NCBI GenBank assembly: GCA_050251875.1
Contig: JBFWMA010000007.1
Location: 1 to 64,000 of the forward strand
Source: Deferribacterales bacterium
Lineage (GTDB): Bacteria; Chrysiogenota; Deferribacteres; Deferribacterales; Geovibrionaceae
Length of the DNA stretch: 64,000 nt
Reading direction: 5' to 3'
The position numbers were made by a program, and so were the translations under genes. Positions within the stretch are counted from its first letter, which is position 1; the number at the start of each line of letters is the position of its first letter. The notes beneath the pieces were generated by a model, which saw only the letters and a program-made list of their open reading frames with translations, had not been told where the DNA came from and ran no database searches. Shown piece by piece: positions 30,971-39,301 of this stretch.

Positions 30971-30990
30971 TTCTACTCGGCGGCGGATAA
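30971..30990 (-). promoter_or_regulatory. 20-bp putative AraC activator site, copy 5
   Basis: TTATCCGCCGCCGAGTAGAA (gene strand), 18 nt upstream of GATAAT (30947..30952). Confidence 0.7.
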
Positions 30991-30999
30991 TAAATAACC

Positions 31000-31014
31000 T
31001 GATAATCAATATCA
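31000..31014. promoter_or_regulatory. Fur box (7-1-7)
   Basis: TGATAAT-C-AATATCA upstream of the ABC operon. Confidence 0.7.
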
Positions 31015-31097
31015 GCTCTGTTACGTTGATGCAAAAAACAAAACGGGAATTAACTCAGACTCTTTATGACATTTTTTTTACAATTACTTTATTAACG

Positions 31098-31126
31098 TTG
31101 CGGAGGATCGCTCCCGGAAATATAAT
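31098..31126 (+). promoter_or_regulatory. sigma70 promoter, probably leaderless
   Basis: TTGCGG-N17-TATAAT, ATG 5 nt later, no SD. Confidence 0.7.
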
Positions 31127-31131
31127 ATGTT

Positions 31132-31986
31132 ATGAAAACAATCACACTTTTACTCCTATTGATTTTAACACTCAGCGCACATGCGGAACCGCTGAAATTC
31201 GGCATCGCATCCATAGTCTCGCCGGAGGCATCGCTAAACCTCTATACCGATCTGAACAACTATCTGGCGAACGAGATGGGCGAAAGCATCACCCCAATAA
31301 TCAAGCGTGACTATGACGAAATGAACAGGATGATTCAGGAGAATGACGTTGATTTCGCCTCTGTATGCACCGGAGCCGTGCCTTACATCAACAAGAACAA
31401 GGTGCGGGTGCTGGCAGTTCCTGAGATAAACGGAAAACACTCCTACAAATCGCTGATAATCACCGGAAAGAAATACGGGATAAAATCCATTCGTGATCTG
31501 AAGGACAAGACGTTCGCCTTCACGGACAGGCTGTCAAACAGCGGTACTCTCTATCCCACATACATGATACTCAGCAGTTTTAACCTGCCTCCTGACAGGG
31601 TATTCAAAAAAATCTTCTATACAAAAAGCCACGACAAATCCATCTATCTGGTGAACAAGGGCGTTGTTCAGGCGGCGGCTGTGGACAGCCTCATCTTTGA
31701 GATAATAAAGAAGGAACACCCGGCGGACGTTAAAAACATAGAGGTGATACATTCATCGCCGGAGATAATCTCCCCGCCTTTCGTTGCATCATCATCGCTC
31801 AGCAGGGAAAAGTTCGAAGCGCTTAAAAACGCCCTCCTGAACATGGACAAAAACGAAAAAGGCAGAAAAATCCTGCGAGGGCTGAACATAGACAGGTTTG
31901 TCCCGGCGGATATAGCCGACTTTGACCCAATTATAAAAATGAAGGCCGCAGTTGAAAAATATAATTCTGAAAATAATACCAAGTAG
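31132..31986 (+). CDS. PhnD-family periplasmic oxyanion-binding protein (AioX/ArxX/ArrT-like)
   Basis: Signal peptide; 'FAFTDRLSNSG', 'SHDKSI..V..G..AAAVDS'; Cys in 'DFASVCTG'; overlaps a sensor kinase, no ABC permease nearby. Confidence 0.8.
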   Translation: MKTITLLLLLILTLSAHAEPLKFGIASIVSPEASLNLYTDLNNYLANEMGESITPIIKRDYDEMNRMIQENDVDFASVCTGAVPYINKNKVRVLAVPEINGKHSYKSLIITGKKYGIKSIRDLKDKTFAFTDRLSNSGTLYPTYMILSSFNLPPDRVFKKIFYTKSHDKSIYLVNKGVVQAAAVDSLIFEIIKKEHPADVKNIEVIHSSPEIISPPFVASSSLSREKFEALKNALLNMDKNEKGRKILRGLNIDRFVPADIADFDPIIKMKAAVEKYNSENNTK

Positions 31987-33325
31987 TCTGGGCAAAAGAA
32001 CCGCCCTCTTAATAAGCGGGCTCGCCTTCGCCACCATTATCATCAATCTGGCGGTGATATTCTATTTCGAATACGCCTCATCGTTCAGAAACGCCGAGAA
32101 ATATATCAACGCCCAGTTTACCATCATGTCGGACGATCTGTCGGAGGCTATCATCACAGATGATATTTACGCTCTTTTCACCACGATAGAGAGCGTTTCG
32201 CAGTCCATCCCGAACATAGACAACATAGCCGTATACAACGCTGACGGCGAATATATCTCAGACGCTATGGTGCGTGTGGACAAACTCACGTCCACAGACA
32301 ATACCATCATAATATCAAAAGACATCAGAGCCGGAGCGAGGAGAATCGGCACTATAGATTTTTTCATCAACAGAGACCTGATTATCCGCCAGATAGCCGT
32401 CAATGTGACGAAGCTGTTCGTTGTCAGCTTTATCCTCATTCTGATCGGCACCATAGCCGGGCTCTATCTGGTCAGCAAAATGACAGCGCCGCTGGTGGAT
32501 CTTTCGGCACAGATAAAGAATCTGGATGTTCTCGAACTGCCGTACAAATTTTCCATCTCAGAATTTTCGTCATCTGAAACACAAAACTTGAAAAACGTCA
32601 TAGAAAACCTCTCGCTGAAATTGAAAAACGCCATCGACACCATAAACGACCAGCAGAAAGAGATATCCAGAAGCGAAAGACTGGCATACATAGGCACCAT
32701 GTCCGCCGGACTGGCGCACGAGCTGAAAAACCCCATAATGACGATAAATCTCATCATAGAAAACCTGGCGGAAGAGACAGCCGGCAACCCCCAGATTAAA
32801 GAGGATTTTATAATCATCAAACAGGAGACGTCCAAGCTGGTTTTCAGAATCAACGAGTTTTTGGAATATTCCCGCCCGGTCAAGCTGTTCTTCTCCCAGA
32901 CCAGCACATTTGAGCTGATCGACTTCATCAGAAAGAACGTGATAGCAGAAAAAACCGTGAGACTGAAAGTGAGCTATAAATCGCAGGAAGACTGGATACT
33001 CATTACGGATATGACAAAGATAGCCCAGATAGCGGAGATTTTCATAAGCAACTCCGCCGCCGCCGGAGCGGACAGTGTGGAATTTGAGTTTTCCGTGAAG
33101 GACGGCAGATTCACGATAGTCTGTGATGACAACGGAACAGGACTGAAAGCGGACGTGTCCAAAATGCTGCTTCCTTTCTATACCACAAAAAAAGACGGCT
33201 CCGGACTGGGACTTGCTATCTGCGCTACCATCACCGATGCTATGGGCGGCGATATCAAAGCGGAAAACAACATCTCAGGCGGAGCCAGATTCACGATTAG
33301 CCTTCCTATTCCGGACAGCGTCTAA
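31952..33325 (+). CDS. membrane sensor histidine kinase (NtrB/AioS-like)
   Basis: 2 TMs, HAMP-like linker, 'AGLAHELKNP', DNGTG, 'PFYTTKKDGSGLGL'. Confidence 0.9.
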   Translation: MKNIILKIIPSSLGKRTALLISGLAFATIIINLAVIFYFEYASSFRNAEKYINAQFTIMSDDLSEAIITDDIYALFTTIESVSQSIPNIDNIAVYNADGEYISDAMVRVDKLTSTDNTIIISKDIRAGARRIGTIDFFINRDLIIRQIAVNVTKLFVVSFILILIGTIAGLYLVSKMTAPLVDLSAQIKNLDVLELPYKFSISEFSSSETQNLKNVIENLSLKLKNAIDTINDQQKEISRSERLAYIGTMSAGLAHELKNPIMTINLIIENLAEETAGNPQIKEDFIIIKQETSKLVFRINEFLEYSRPVKLFFSQTSTFELIDFIRKNVIAEKTVRLKVSYKSQEDWILITDMTKIAQIAEIFISNSAAAGADSVEFEFSVKDGRFTIVCDDNGTGLKADVSKMLLPFYTTKKDGSGLGLAICATITDAMGGDIKAENNISGGARFTISLPIPDSV

Positions 33326-33678
33326 CACCCCATATCGTGCTGTTCGACAATCCTCGGCTCTATTTTGTATCTTTTTATATCCCTCCTCCCCGACTCTATA
33401 GTAATTGTAACCTCAGTATTTTCGAAACACTTATTATCGAAATATATCAATGCCCTGCCGTTGCCTGAAACGAACTTGTCACCCTCTTTTACAACTCCTG
33501 TAACCTTCTGAATACTGACGCAGGGATTGCTGATATCCACCCGGAACTTCAGCTCCGAGGCGATCTGAAACCTGAAATTCTCATATTCAGCCACATGCTC
33601 CGGCGCATATGTTATATATTCTCCGGCGAAACACGAAAAGCTGAACAGACAAGACAGACAAAAGAAAATTATCTTCAT
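33322..33678 (-). CDS. hypothetical exported protein
   Basis: 118 aa, AGAGGA SD, signal-peptide-like N-terminus; downstream of the molybdoenzyme. Confidence 0.6.
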   Translation of the reverse strand: MKIIFFCLSCLFSFSCFAGEYITYAPEHVAEYENFRFQIASELKFRVDISNPCVSIQKVTGVVKEGDKFVSGNGRALIYFDNKCFENTEVTITIESGRRDIKRYKIEPRIVEQHDMGC

Positions 33679-33694
33679 ATTGTCCTCTGAAAAG

Positions 33695-33723
33695 AACGGA
33701 GGGACGCCGTGCGCCCCTCCGTT
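33695..33723 (-). terminator. hairpin after the molybdoenzyme gene
   Basis: AACGGAGGG...CCCTCCGTT stem. Confidence 0.65.
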
Positions 33724-33729
33724 TTAGAA

Positions 33730-36700
33730 TCACATTTTTACTACATTAACCTTAGTGTCGTAAAATGAAGCGCTGCCTCCTATCTTGTCGGTACAGCACA
33801 TATTTTTCAGCACGGGGTCGATGGTGTTGGCGGCGTTGGAGCAGAGACCGGTGGCTCTTCTCTTGTCGCCTTTTATCGTTTTGCCGTTAACCACTACGTC
33901 AGCGGCGCCGTATGCCCAGTGTCCATAGTGCCATGATACGGCGATGGTTCCGGGTCTGATGGTTTCGGATACTTTTACCTTGCCCTGCATGGGAACAGTT
34001 GTTCCGTTTTTCAGATCCCACACCCCGTCAGGGTTGGAAGGAGACACAATCTTCGCTGTGTCGCCTGTGGAAAGACCGAGTCTGGCGGCGTCTTTAGTGT
34101 GTATCAGGATAAAATTCTCCGGATTATGCAGTTCGTTCGACCAATAGTTGCCTATTGTCCTTGACTGACCTCCGGTGATCTCCTTATAGGTAATCAGATC
34201 CAGATCATACCCAGCCTGCTGAAGGGGTCTGTCCAGCATATCGGCGGCAACAGTGTATACGGGGTAGCCCAAGAATCTCTTGCCTGTCATAGAGTCTTTT
34301 GTCATGGCTACTTTTTCCACATATGTGTTGATGCGCTTTTTAAACTGGTGAGCCACTTTGTCCCCGGCATAAGCATCCGGAAGGAACTCGAATCGTCCGC
34401 CTCTGTTGAGGACATAAACCATCTTAGCCCAGTTCTTTGTCTGCGCTTTCGCTCTTTCTATGTCGAAAGCGGCTGCGGAAAGATGCTTTCTGGCTTTTTC
34501 AAAAACAGCCAGCTCTTCCGCTGAAGCGGCGGGAACACCCTCGCCCTCCATAGCTATATTTTCCACCAGCTTCATATAGAAGTCGTTGTCAGTATAGTTG
34601 TCCATACCGGGACCGAATCCGTCCTTGCCGAATCCGGCGAGTCCCAGCTTCTCTGCCACCGCATAGGAGAATGTCTCTATGCAGATATGCGCTTTATGCC
34701 CGAAAACCTTCACAGTGTCTGTCAGAGGCTCTACCATAGGCTGGCGAACCTTAGAACATGTGGAAGCCACATCAGGTGTTGTGTGTGATGTCGCCCATCT
34801 CTCCCAGATCGCTTTATCGGGGATGATGTAGTCGGCGTACATCGTTGTTTCGCCTATCACTATGTCGCTGGCGATGAACAGAGGGAGCTTTTCAGTATCC
34901 TGAAGCATCTCGATGAACACCTGTCCGGCGGGAGAGGCATATGCCGCTGTACCCATGTGGGTGATGAGACATTTTATGCCGTAAGGATATTCTTCATATC
35001 CGGAAGGGATGATCTCCTGATAAACGCTTCCGGTAAACGGATAGTAAGGTCTTTTGGCGGGATAGCCTGTGAAGAAAGATGTGGACTCATACTTCACGCC
35101 CTCTCTTGTGACGGGATATCCGAATGTGCCAAGTTTTCCTTTAACCAGTTTGCCCATATCATAGGGGCATCCTGATTTTCCGCCGTATTCGTGCCAGTGA
35201 CCGCCGCCCACCATTATTCCGCCTGCCCAGTCTGTGTTGCCCACGAGCAGGTTCAGAGCGACTATCGATGTTGCGTTGTAATAGCCGTTGGTGTGCTGTA
35301 CTGATCCTCTGTAAAAATCTATTCCGGTCTTTTTGCCGTGGTTTGTGAACTCTTTCGCCACAAGCTCCACATCAGACGCCGGAACACCGCAGATTTCTGC
35401 CCATTCGGAAACTGTTCTGGTGAAGGCTGATTCTTTGTATATCTGGAACGCAGATTTCACCTTGATTCCGTTGATTTCGGTATCTACGAACAGCTCGCCT
35501 GTCACAGCGTCTCCCTTCTCCTCTCCGGATGCTGGTTTGCCGTCTGACATCACCACGAAGTCGCCTTTCAGCCCGATCTCTTCGGGTTTCAGATACGCTC
35601 CGGGACCGTCCTTCTCTATCTTCACCAGCCATGATGATGTGGTGAAGTTTGTCTCTTTCACAGCCTTAGCGGCGTTAAAGTTTGCCGCCTGAAGATATTT
35701 TGAGTCATATCTGGCGTTTTCCACTATATATCTTGCCATACCCAGAGCGAAGGCGGCGTCTGATCCAGCCTTGATAGGTATCCATTTTGTCGCTTTGGCG
35801 GCTGTTTTAGAGAATCTGGGGTCGATGACAAATACCTTCATGCCCCTCTCTGTGAGCCCCTCTGTGAGCTTTTCGCTGATTGCGGGAGGTCCGAAGTTCG
35901 CCTCGAAACCGCCTGTTCCGAAATATACCACGCATCCGGCATTCATTATATCCGGCTTAAGGTGTGTGACACCGCTGAACATCTGGGCAAAGCCGATGTG
36001 GTGTGACTGCTCGCATATGGTGGTGTGCTCGAAGAAGTTTCTGGAGCCGAAACAGTCTTTCATAAAACGGCTCATGAACTCCTTGCGCCCGTGCTCTATC
36101 CTGCCCGCCATGAAGACAAGCTGTGAGTTGGCGGGTCCTGCGTCCGGGTGATCCTGATTTGCGAACAGGTCGAGTCTGCCGGCGTATTTCGCCTTGAAGT
36201 CGGCTATGCTCATTTTCTTAGCCGCTACAGCCTTGCCGTCCGCTTCCATCTCTTTCATCAGAGCGGGGTCTTTTACCTTGTATAGGCTTCTGAGACCGCC
36301 AACGTTTCTGGTCTCTTCGCCTTTCACGTCTTTGAAGAGCAGACCGCCCTCCACTATCTCTTTAACAGCCTGATCGAAGTCGATGGTTATCCATTTGTTC
36401 TCTCCCCTCTTTCCGGCTCGTTTGAGTATTTTTTTCAGCCTGTAGGGGTCATAGAGAGACTGGATGCCCGCCTGTCCTTTGGGACATATTTTTGCGTCTA
36501 TCCTCGCCGCCTTGTCCAGAGATTCGTCCAGAGCGATGTTGGGATAGAGGTTTTGCGCTGTGTATGGGTTGCCGTCTATCTTCAGCAGTACGCCGTCTTT
36601 CACCTTGCCTTTGATGGCGCAGGCTGTGTGGCACTGAAGACAGATAGAATATATCACATGCTCAGGTGACGACAGGTCATAGCTGTTCACCTCTCCGCCT

Positions 36701-36843
36701 GTGGCAGATACATTATGCACAGCGTTAGCGGCACAGCCGAGCTGGGACGCCAGCACAGCGGAACCGCCCACAAACGCTGATGTTTTAAGGAATCCCCTGC
36801 GGTTCAGCTCGAATTTATCAAGGATATCTTTAAAGTTACTCAT
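33730..36843 (-). CDS. Tat-exported Mo/W-bisPGD oxidoreductase catalytic subunit, TtrA/SrdA-like
   Basis: 1037 aa; NRRGFLK Tat motif; FS0 CLQCHTAC...CPKG; putative Cys Mo ligand in HTTICEQSHH; 'GETTMYADYIIPD..WERW'. Confidence 0.85.
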   Translation of the reverse strand: MSNFKDILDKFELNRRGFLKTSAFVGGSAVLASQLGCAANAVHNVSATGGEVNSYDLSSPEHVIYSICLQCHTACAIKGKVKDGVLLKIDGNPYTAQNLYPNIALDESLDKAARIDAKICPKGQAGIQSLYDPYRLKKILKRAGKRGENKWITIDFDQAVKEIVEGGLLFKDVKGEETRNVGGLRSLYKVKDPALMKEMEADGKAVAAKKMSIADFKAKYAGRLDLFANQDHPDAGPANSQLVFMAGRIEHGRKEFMSRFMKDCFGSRNFFEHTTICEQSHHIGFAQMFSGVTHLKPDIMNAGCVVYFGTGGFEANFGPPAISEKLTEGLTERGMKVFVIDPRFSKTAAKATKWIPIKAGSDAAFALGMARYIVENARYDSKYLQAANFNAAKAVKETNFTTSSWLVKIEKDGPGAYLKPEEIGLKGDFVVMSDGKPASGEEKGDAVTGELFVDTEINGIKVKSAFQIYKESAFTRTVSEWAEICGVPASDVELVAKEFTNHGKKTGIDFYRGSVQHTNGYYNATSIVALNLLVGNTDWAGGIMVGGGHWHEYGGKSGCPYDMGKLVKGKLGTFGYPVTREGVKYESTSFFTGYPAKRPYYPFTGSVYQEIIPSGYEEYPYGIKCLITHMGTAAYASPAGQVFIEMLQDTEKLPLFIASDIVIGETTMYADYIIPDKAIWERWATSHTTPDVASTCSKVRQPMVEPLTDTVKVFGHKAHICIETFSYAVAEKLGLAGFGKDGFGPGMDNYTDNDFYMKLVENIAMEGEGVPAASAEELAVFEKARKHLSAAAFDIERAKAQTKNWAKMVYVLNRGGRFEFLPDAYAGDKVAHQFKKRINTYVEKVAMTKDSMTGKRFLGYPVYTVAADMLDRPLQQAGYDLDLITYKEITGGQSRTIGNYWSNELHNPENFILIHTKDAARLGLSTGDTAKIVSPSNPDGVWDLKNGTTVPMQGKVKVSETIRPGTIAVSWHYGHWAYGAADVVVNGKTIKGDKRRATGLCSNAANTIDPVLKNMCCTDKIGGSASFYDTKVNVVKM

Positions 36844-36858
36844 ATAATCCTCCCCGCC

Positions 36859-37599
36859 TTAACCGTGGCACTTTTTACAGAGCTCTACAGAATCTGTAAT
36901 GTATTTTGTGGTGGGGACAGTCTTCTTGTCTTCCATGAAAACATACAGATTGAGCTCTTTCGCCTTCTGATACACAAGGCTTTCTGTGTCGGATATATCT
37001 CCGAAATATGTAGCGCCGCCAAGGCAGGTCGTTACACATGTGGGGAGCATAGCGGCGTTCAGCCTGTGAAGGCAGTAGTGACACTTGCGGCAGCTGTTCA
37101 CCGGAAGGGATTTCGATGTTCTCTTCATCTCTTTGCCGTATTCATAGATAGGTCCATGCTCATATTCCATCACCGCCGGCGCGGATGAGGTATAGAAATT
37201 GCCATGGTCAACCTTTATGGCTGAATAGGGGCAGGCTTTTTCGGCTGCTCCGCCGCATCCCACGCACTTTGCGTAGTTCACGGCGACTATGCCGTCTTCT
37301 CTTTTATAGATAGCTTTACCTGTGCAGGCTTTAATGCAGGGCGCATCATCGCACTGCATGCACATACCCGGCATAAAAACGCTCATTACATCGGGATATT
37401 CACCATCCTCAGCTTCTTTTACCCAGCGGTAATTAACACCCTCGGGTGTTTTGTTCTCCGCTTTGCAGGCGACGGCGCAGGCGTGGCAGCCTGTGCATTT
37501 TCTGATATCGATCAGCATCGCCCATTTCCTTTTTGACACGGGCTTCAGGAGAGCTCTTTCCAGATCTCTCTGCATCCTTACAATATTGGATTCGTTCAT
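36859..37599 (-). CDS. 4Fe-4S electron-transfer subunit (TtrB/SrdB/DmsB family)
   Basis: CTGCHAC..C, CMQCDDAPC..C, CVGCGGAAEKAC, CRKCHYC..CVTTC; no signal peptide of its own. Confidence 0.92.
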   Translation of the reverse strand: MNESNIVRMQRDLERALLKPVSKRKWAMLIDIRKCTGCHACAVACKAENKTPEGVNYRWVKEAEDGEYPDVMSVFMPGMCMQCDDAPCIKACTGKAIYKREDGIVAVNYAKCVGCGGAAEKACPYSAIKVDHGNFYTSSAPAVMEYEHGPIYEYGKEMKRTSKSLPVNSCRKCHYCLHRLNAAMLPTCVTTCLGGATYFGDISDTESLVYQKAKELNLYVFMEDKKTVPTTKYITDSVELCKKCHG

Positions 37600-37630
37600 A
37601 GGAACCTCCGTAAGTAATTACGGATAATAA

Positions 37631-37646
37631 CGCAAGAGCTGTGCCA
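37631..37646 (-). promoter_or_regulatory. sigma54 promoter of the molybdoenzyme operon
   Basis: TGGCACAGCTCTTGCG, near-perfect -24/-12. Confidence 0.9.
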
Positions 37647-37659
37647 TTAATAAATTAGC

Positions 37660-37734
37660 TAAGTTTCTGATAAACGCTCGAATAACGCTTTTGTTGTAAG
37701 ATTTCTTTACAGACAGGTGTAAGGATTATGTACT
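37660..37734. promoter_or_regulatory. IHF site and two putative activator (UAS) sites
   Basis: TATCAGAAACTTA (minus strand, 37660..37672); TGTAAGATTTCTTTACA (37695..37711); TGTAAGGATTATGTACT (37718..37734). Confidence 0.65.
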
Positions 37735-39118
37735 ATTGAGAGAGACCGTATTTTTTCAGCTTTTCATAGAGGGTCACACGGCTGATGCCGAGCATTTTCG
37801 CGGCGGCTGTATTGTTGTTCTGACATTCCGCCAGAACGCTTTTTATAATGCTCTCCTCTACCTCTTCCACAGCCTGAACAAGGATATTTTCACTGAACTT
37901 AGTCCGGAAATATCCGCTGACGTCACGGCATGGCTCGCAGTCGGAATCGGACCCGGTACCCAGAGCGGAGATCATCACGTCTTTGGTAACGGCGCCGGAG
38001 TTTGCCATCGCCACCGCCTTTGCCATTACATTTTTCAGCTCACGGACGTTTCCCTGCCATCTGTACGATTCCAGAGTCTCACGGGCGGATTTCTCCACAC
38101 AGCATATATTCTTGCCGATGGATTCTGAGAAGAATTTTATGAAATGAAGCACCGAGGGCCAGATATCCTTAACACGGCTTCTGAGAGGTGGAATCTCGAT
38201 GCTGAAGGCGTTTATACGGTAATAGAGATCCTCTCTGAACAGACCGTCTGCGACCAGCCTGCGCAGGTTTCTGTTGGTGGCGGAGATGATCCTGATATCC
38301 ACTTTCTTCAGAGTATTCTCACCCACACGCTGGATGCGTCCGTCCTGAAGCACCTGAAGCAGTTTTCCCTGAAGCGGCAGAGGCAGATCGCCTATCTCGT
38401 CCAGAAAGATCGTACCTTTATCCGCCATCTGAAATTTTCCGGGGTTAGATGCGTATGCCCCGGTGAAAGCGCCCTTGGCGTAGCCGAACAGCTCGCTTTC
38501 CAGCAGGTTTTCCGGGATAGCGGCGCAGTTTATGTTTATGAAAGGATGGTCTTTTCTCTGGCTGTATCTGTGGATGAGTTTTGACGCCACGTCTTTTCCT
38601 GTCCCGCTCTCACCCGTTATGAGGACGGGGGTATCTGTGGCGGAGATGATGGCTATGTTTTTCAGAACGTCTTTCATCTCTCCGGAAACGGCTATTACCG
38701 CTTCCGAGTTATACGGAACCTCTGACAATATCTCAAAGTTTTCGTTGTCGAAACAGTAAGCGGAGCTCGCGGAATATTTTTCTATTATCTCTATGAGCTG
38801 TTTCGTCTCTGCGGGTTTTGTGAGAAAATCCACAGCGCCCATCCGGATAGCGTCCAATATCAGCTCTGTGGAGCCGTGGGCGGTGAGCATCACCACGGGA
38901 ATCTCTTTCGTCAGCTCTCTGATGCTCCTCAGAACATCCAGACCGTTTTCGTCTCCCAGCCTGTAGTCGAGAAAGATCAGGCTGAACTTCTCCGACTTTA
39001 TCAATGAATAAGCGCCATCGAGATCCATAGCGGTAAATATTTCATAATATTTACCCAGTGAGCGTTTCAGCCCGTAACATACCGCTTCGTCATCATCTAT
39101 TATCAGAATTTTATGCAT
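37733..39118 (-). CDS. sigma54-dependent response regulator (REC-AAA-Fis HTH)
   Basis: REC with DDD/D/T/K; GESGTGKD; ESELFGYAKGAFTGA; 'AAKMLGISRVTLYEKLKKY'. Confidence 0.95.
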   Translation of the reverse strand: MHKILIIDDDEAVCYGLKRSLGKYYEIFTAMDLDGAYSLIKSEKFSLIFLDYRLGDENGLDVLRSIRELTKEIPVVMLTAHGSTELILDAIRMGAVDFLTKPAETKQLIEIIEKYSASSAYCFDNENFEILSEVPYNSEAVIAVSGEMKDVLKNIAIISATDTPVLITGESGTGKDVASKLIHRYSQRKDHPFININCAAIPENLLESELFGYAKGAFTGAYASNPGKFQMADKGTIFLDEIGDLPLPLQGKLLQVLQDGRIQRVGENTLKKVDIRIISATNRNLRRLVADGLFREDLYYRINAFSIEIPPLRSRVKDIWPSVLHFIKFFSESIGKNICCVEKSARETLESYRWQGNVRELKNVMAKAVAMANSGAVTKDVMISALGTGSDSDCEPCRDVSGYFRTKFSENILVQAVEEVEESIIKSVLAECQNNNTAAAKMLGISRVTLYEKLKKYGLSQ

Positions 39119-39301
39119 TATCTATTCTGACAAAAAATCATTTCGTGAGCAATACATTCTTTTTCAGAGATGGGGAGATTAAACACACTCCCACATTGAC
39201 AAAATGCAACAATATTTACAAAGAAGCATATTCTTTTTGACTATTAATTATATTCAGTGATACTATTTTTTGATATCAAATACTTTCATCCAGAGACGAC
39301 C

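Noticed and set aside
31132..31986. phnD of a phosphonate ABC transporter
   Set aside because: No phnC or phnE nearby; it overlaps a sensor kinase, as sensory AioX-type proteins do
33730..36843. Assigning arrA, ttrA or srdA as gene symbol, or a selenocysteine ligand
   Set aside because: Substrate cannot be fixed without phylogeny; it is longer than typical bacterial ArrA; no in-frame TGA
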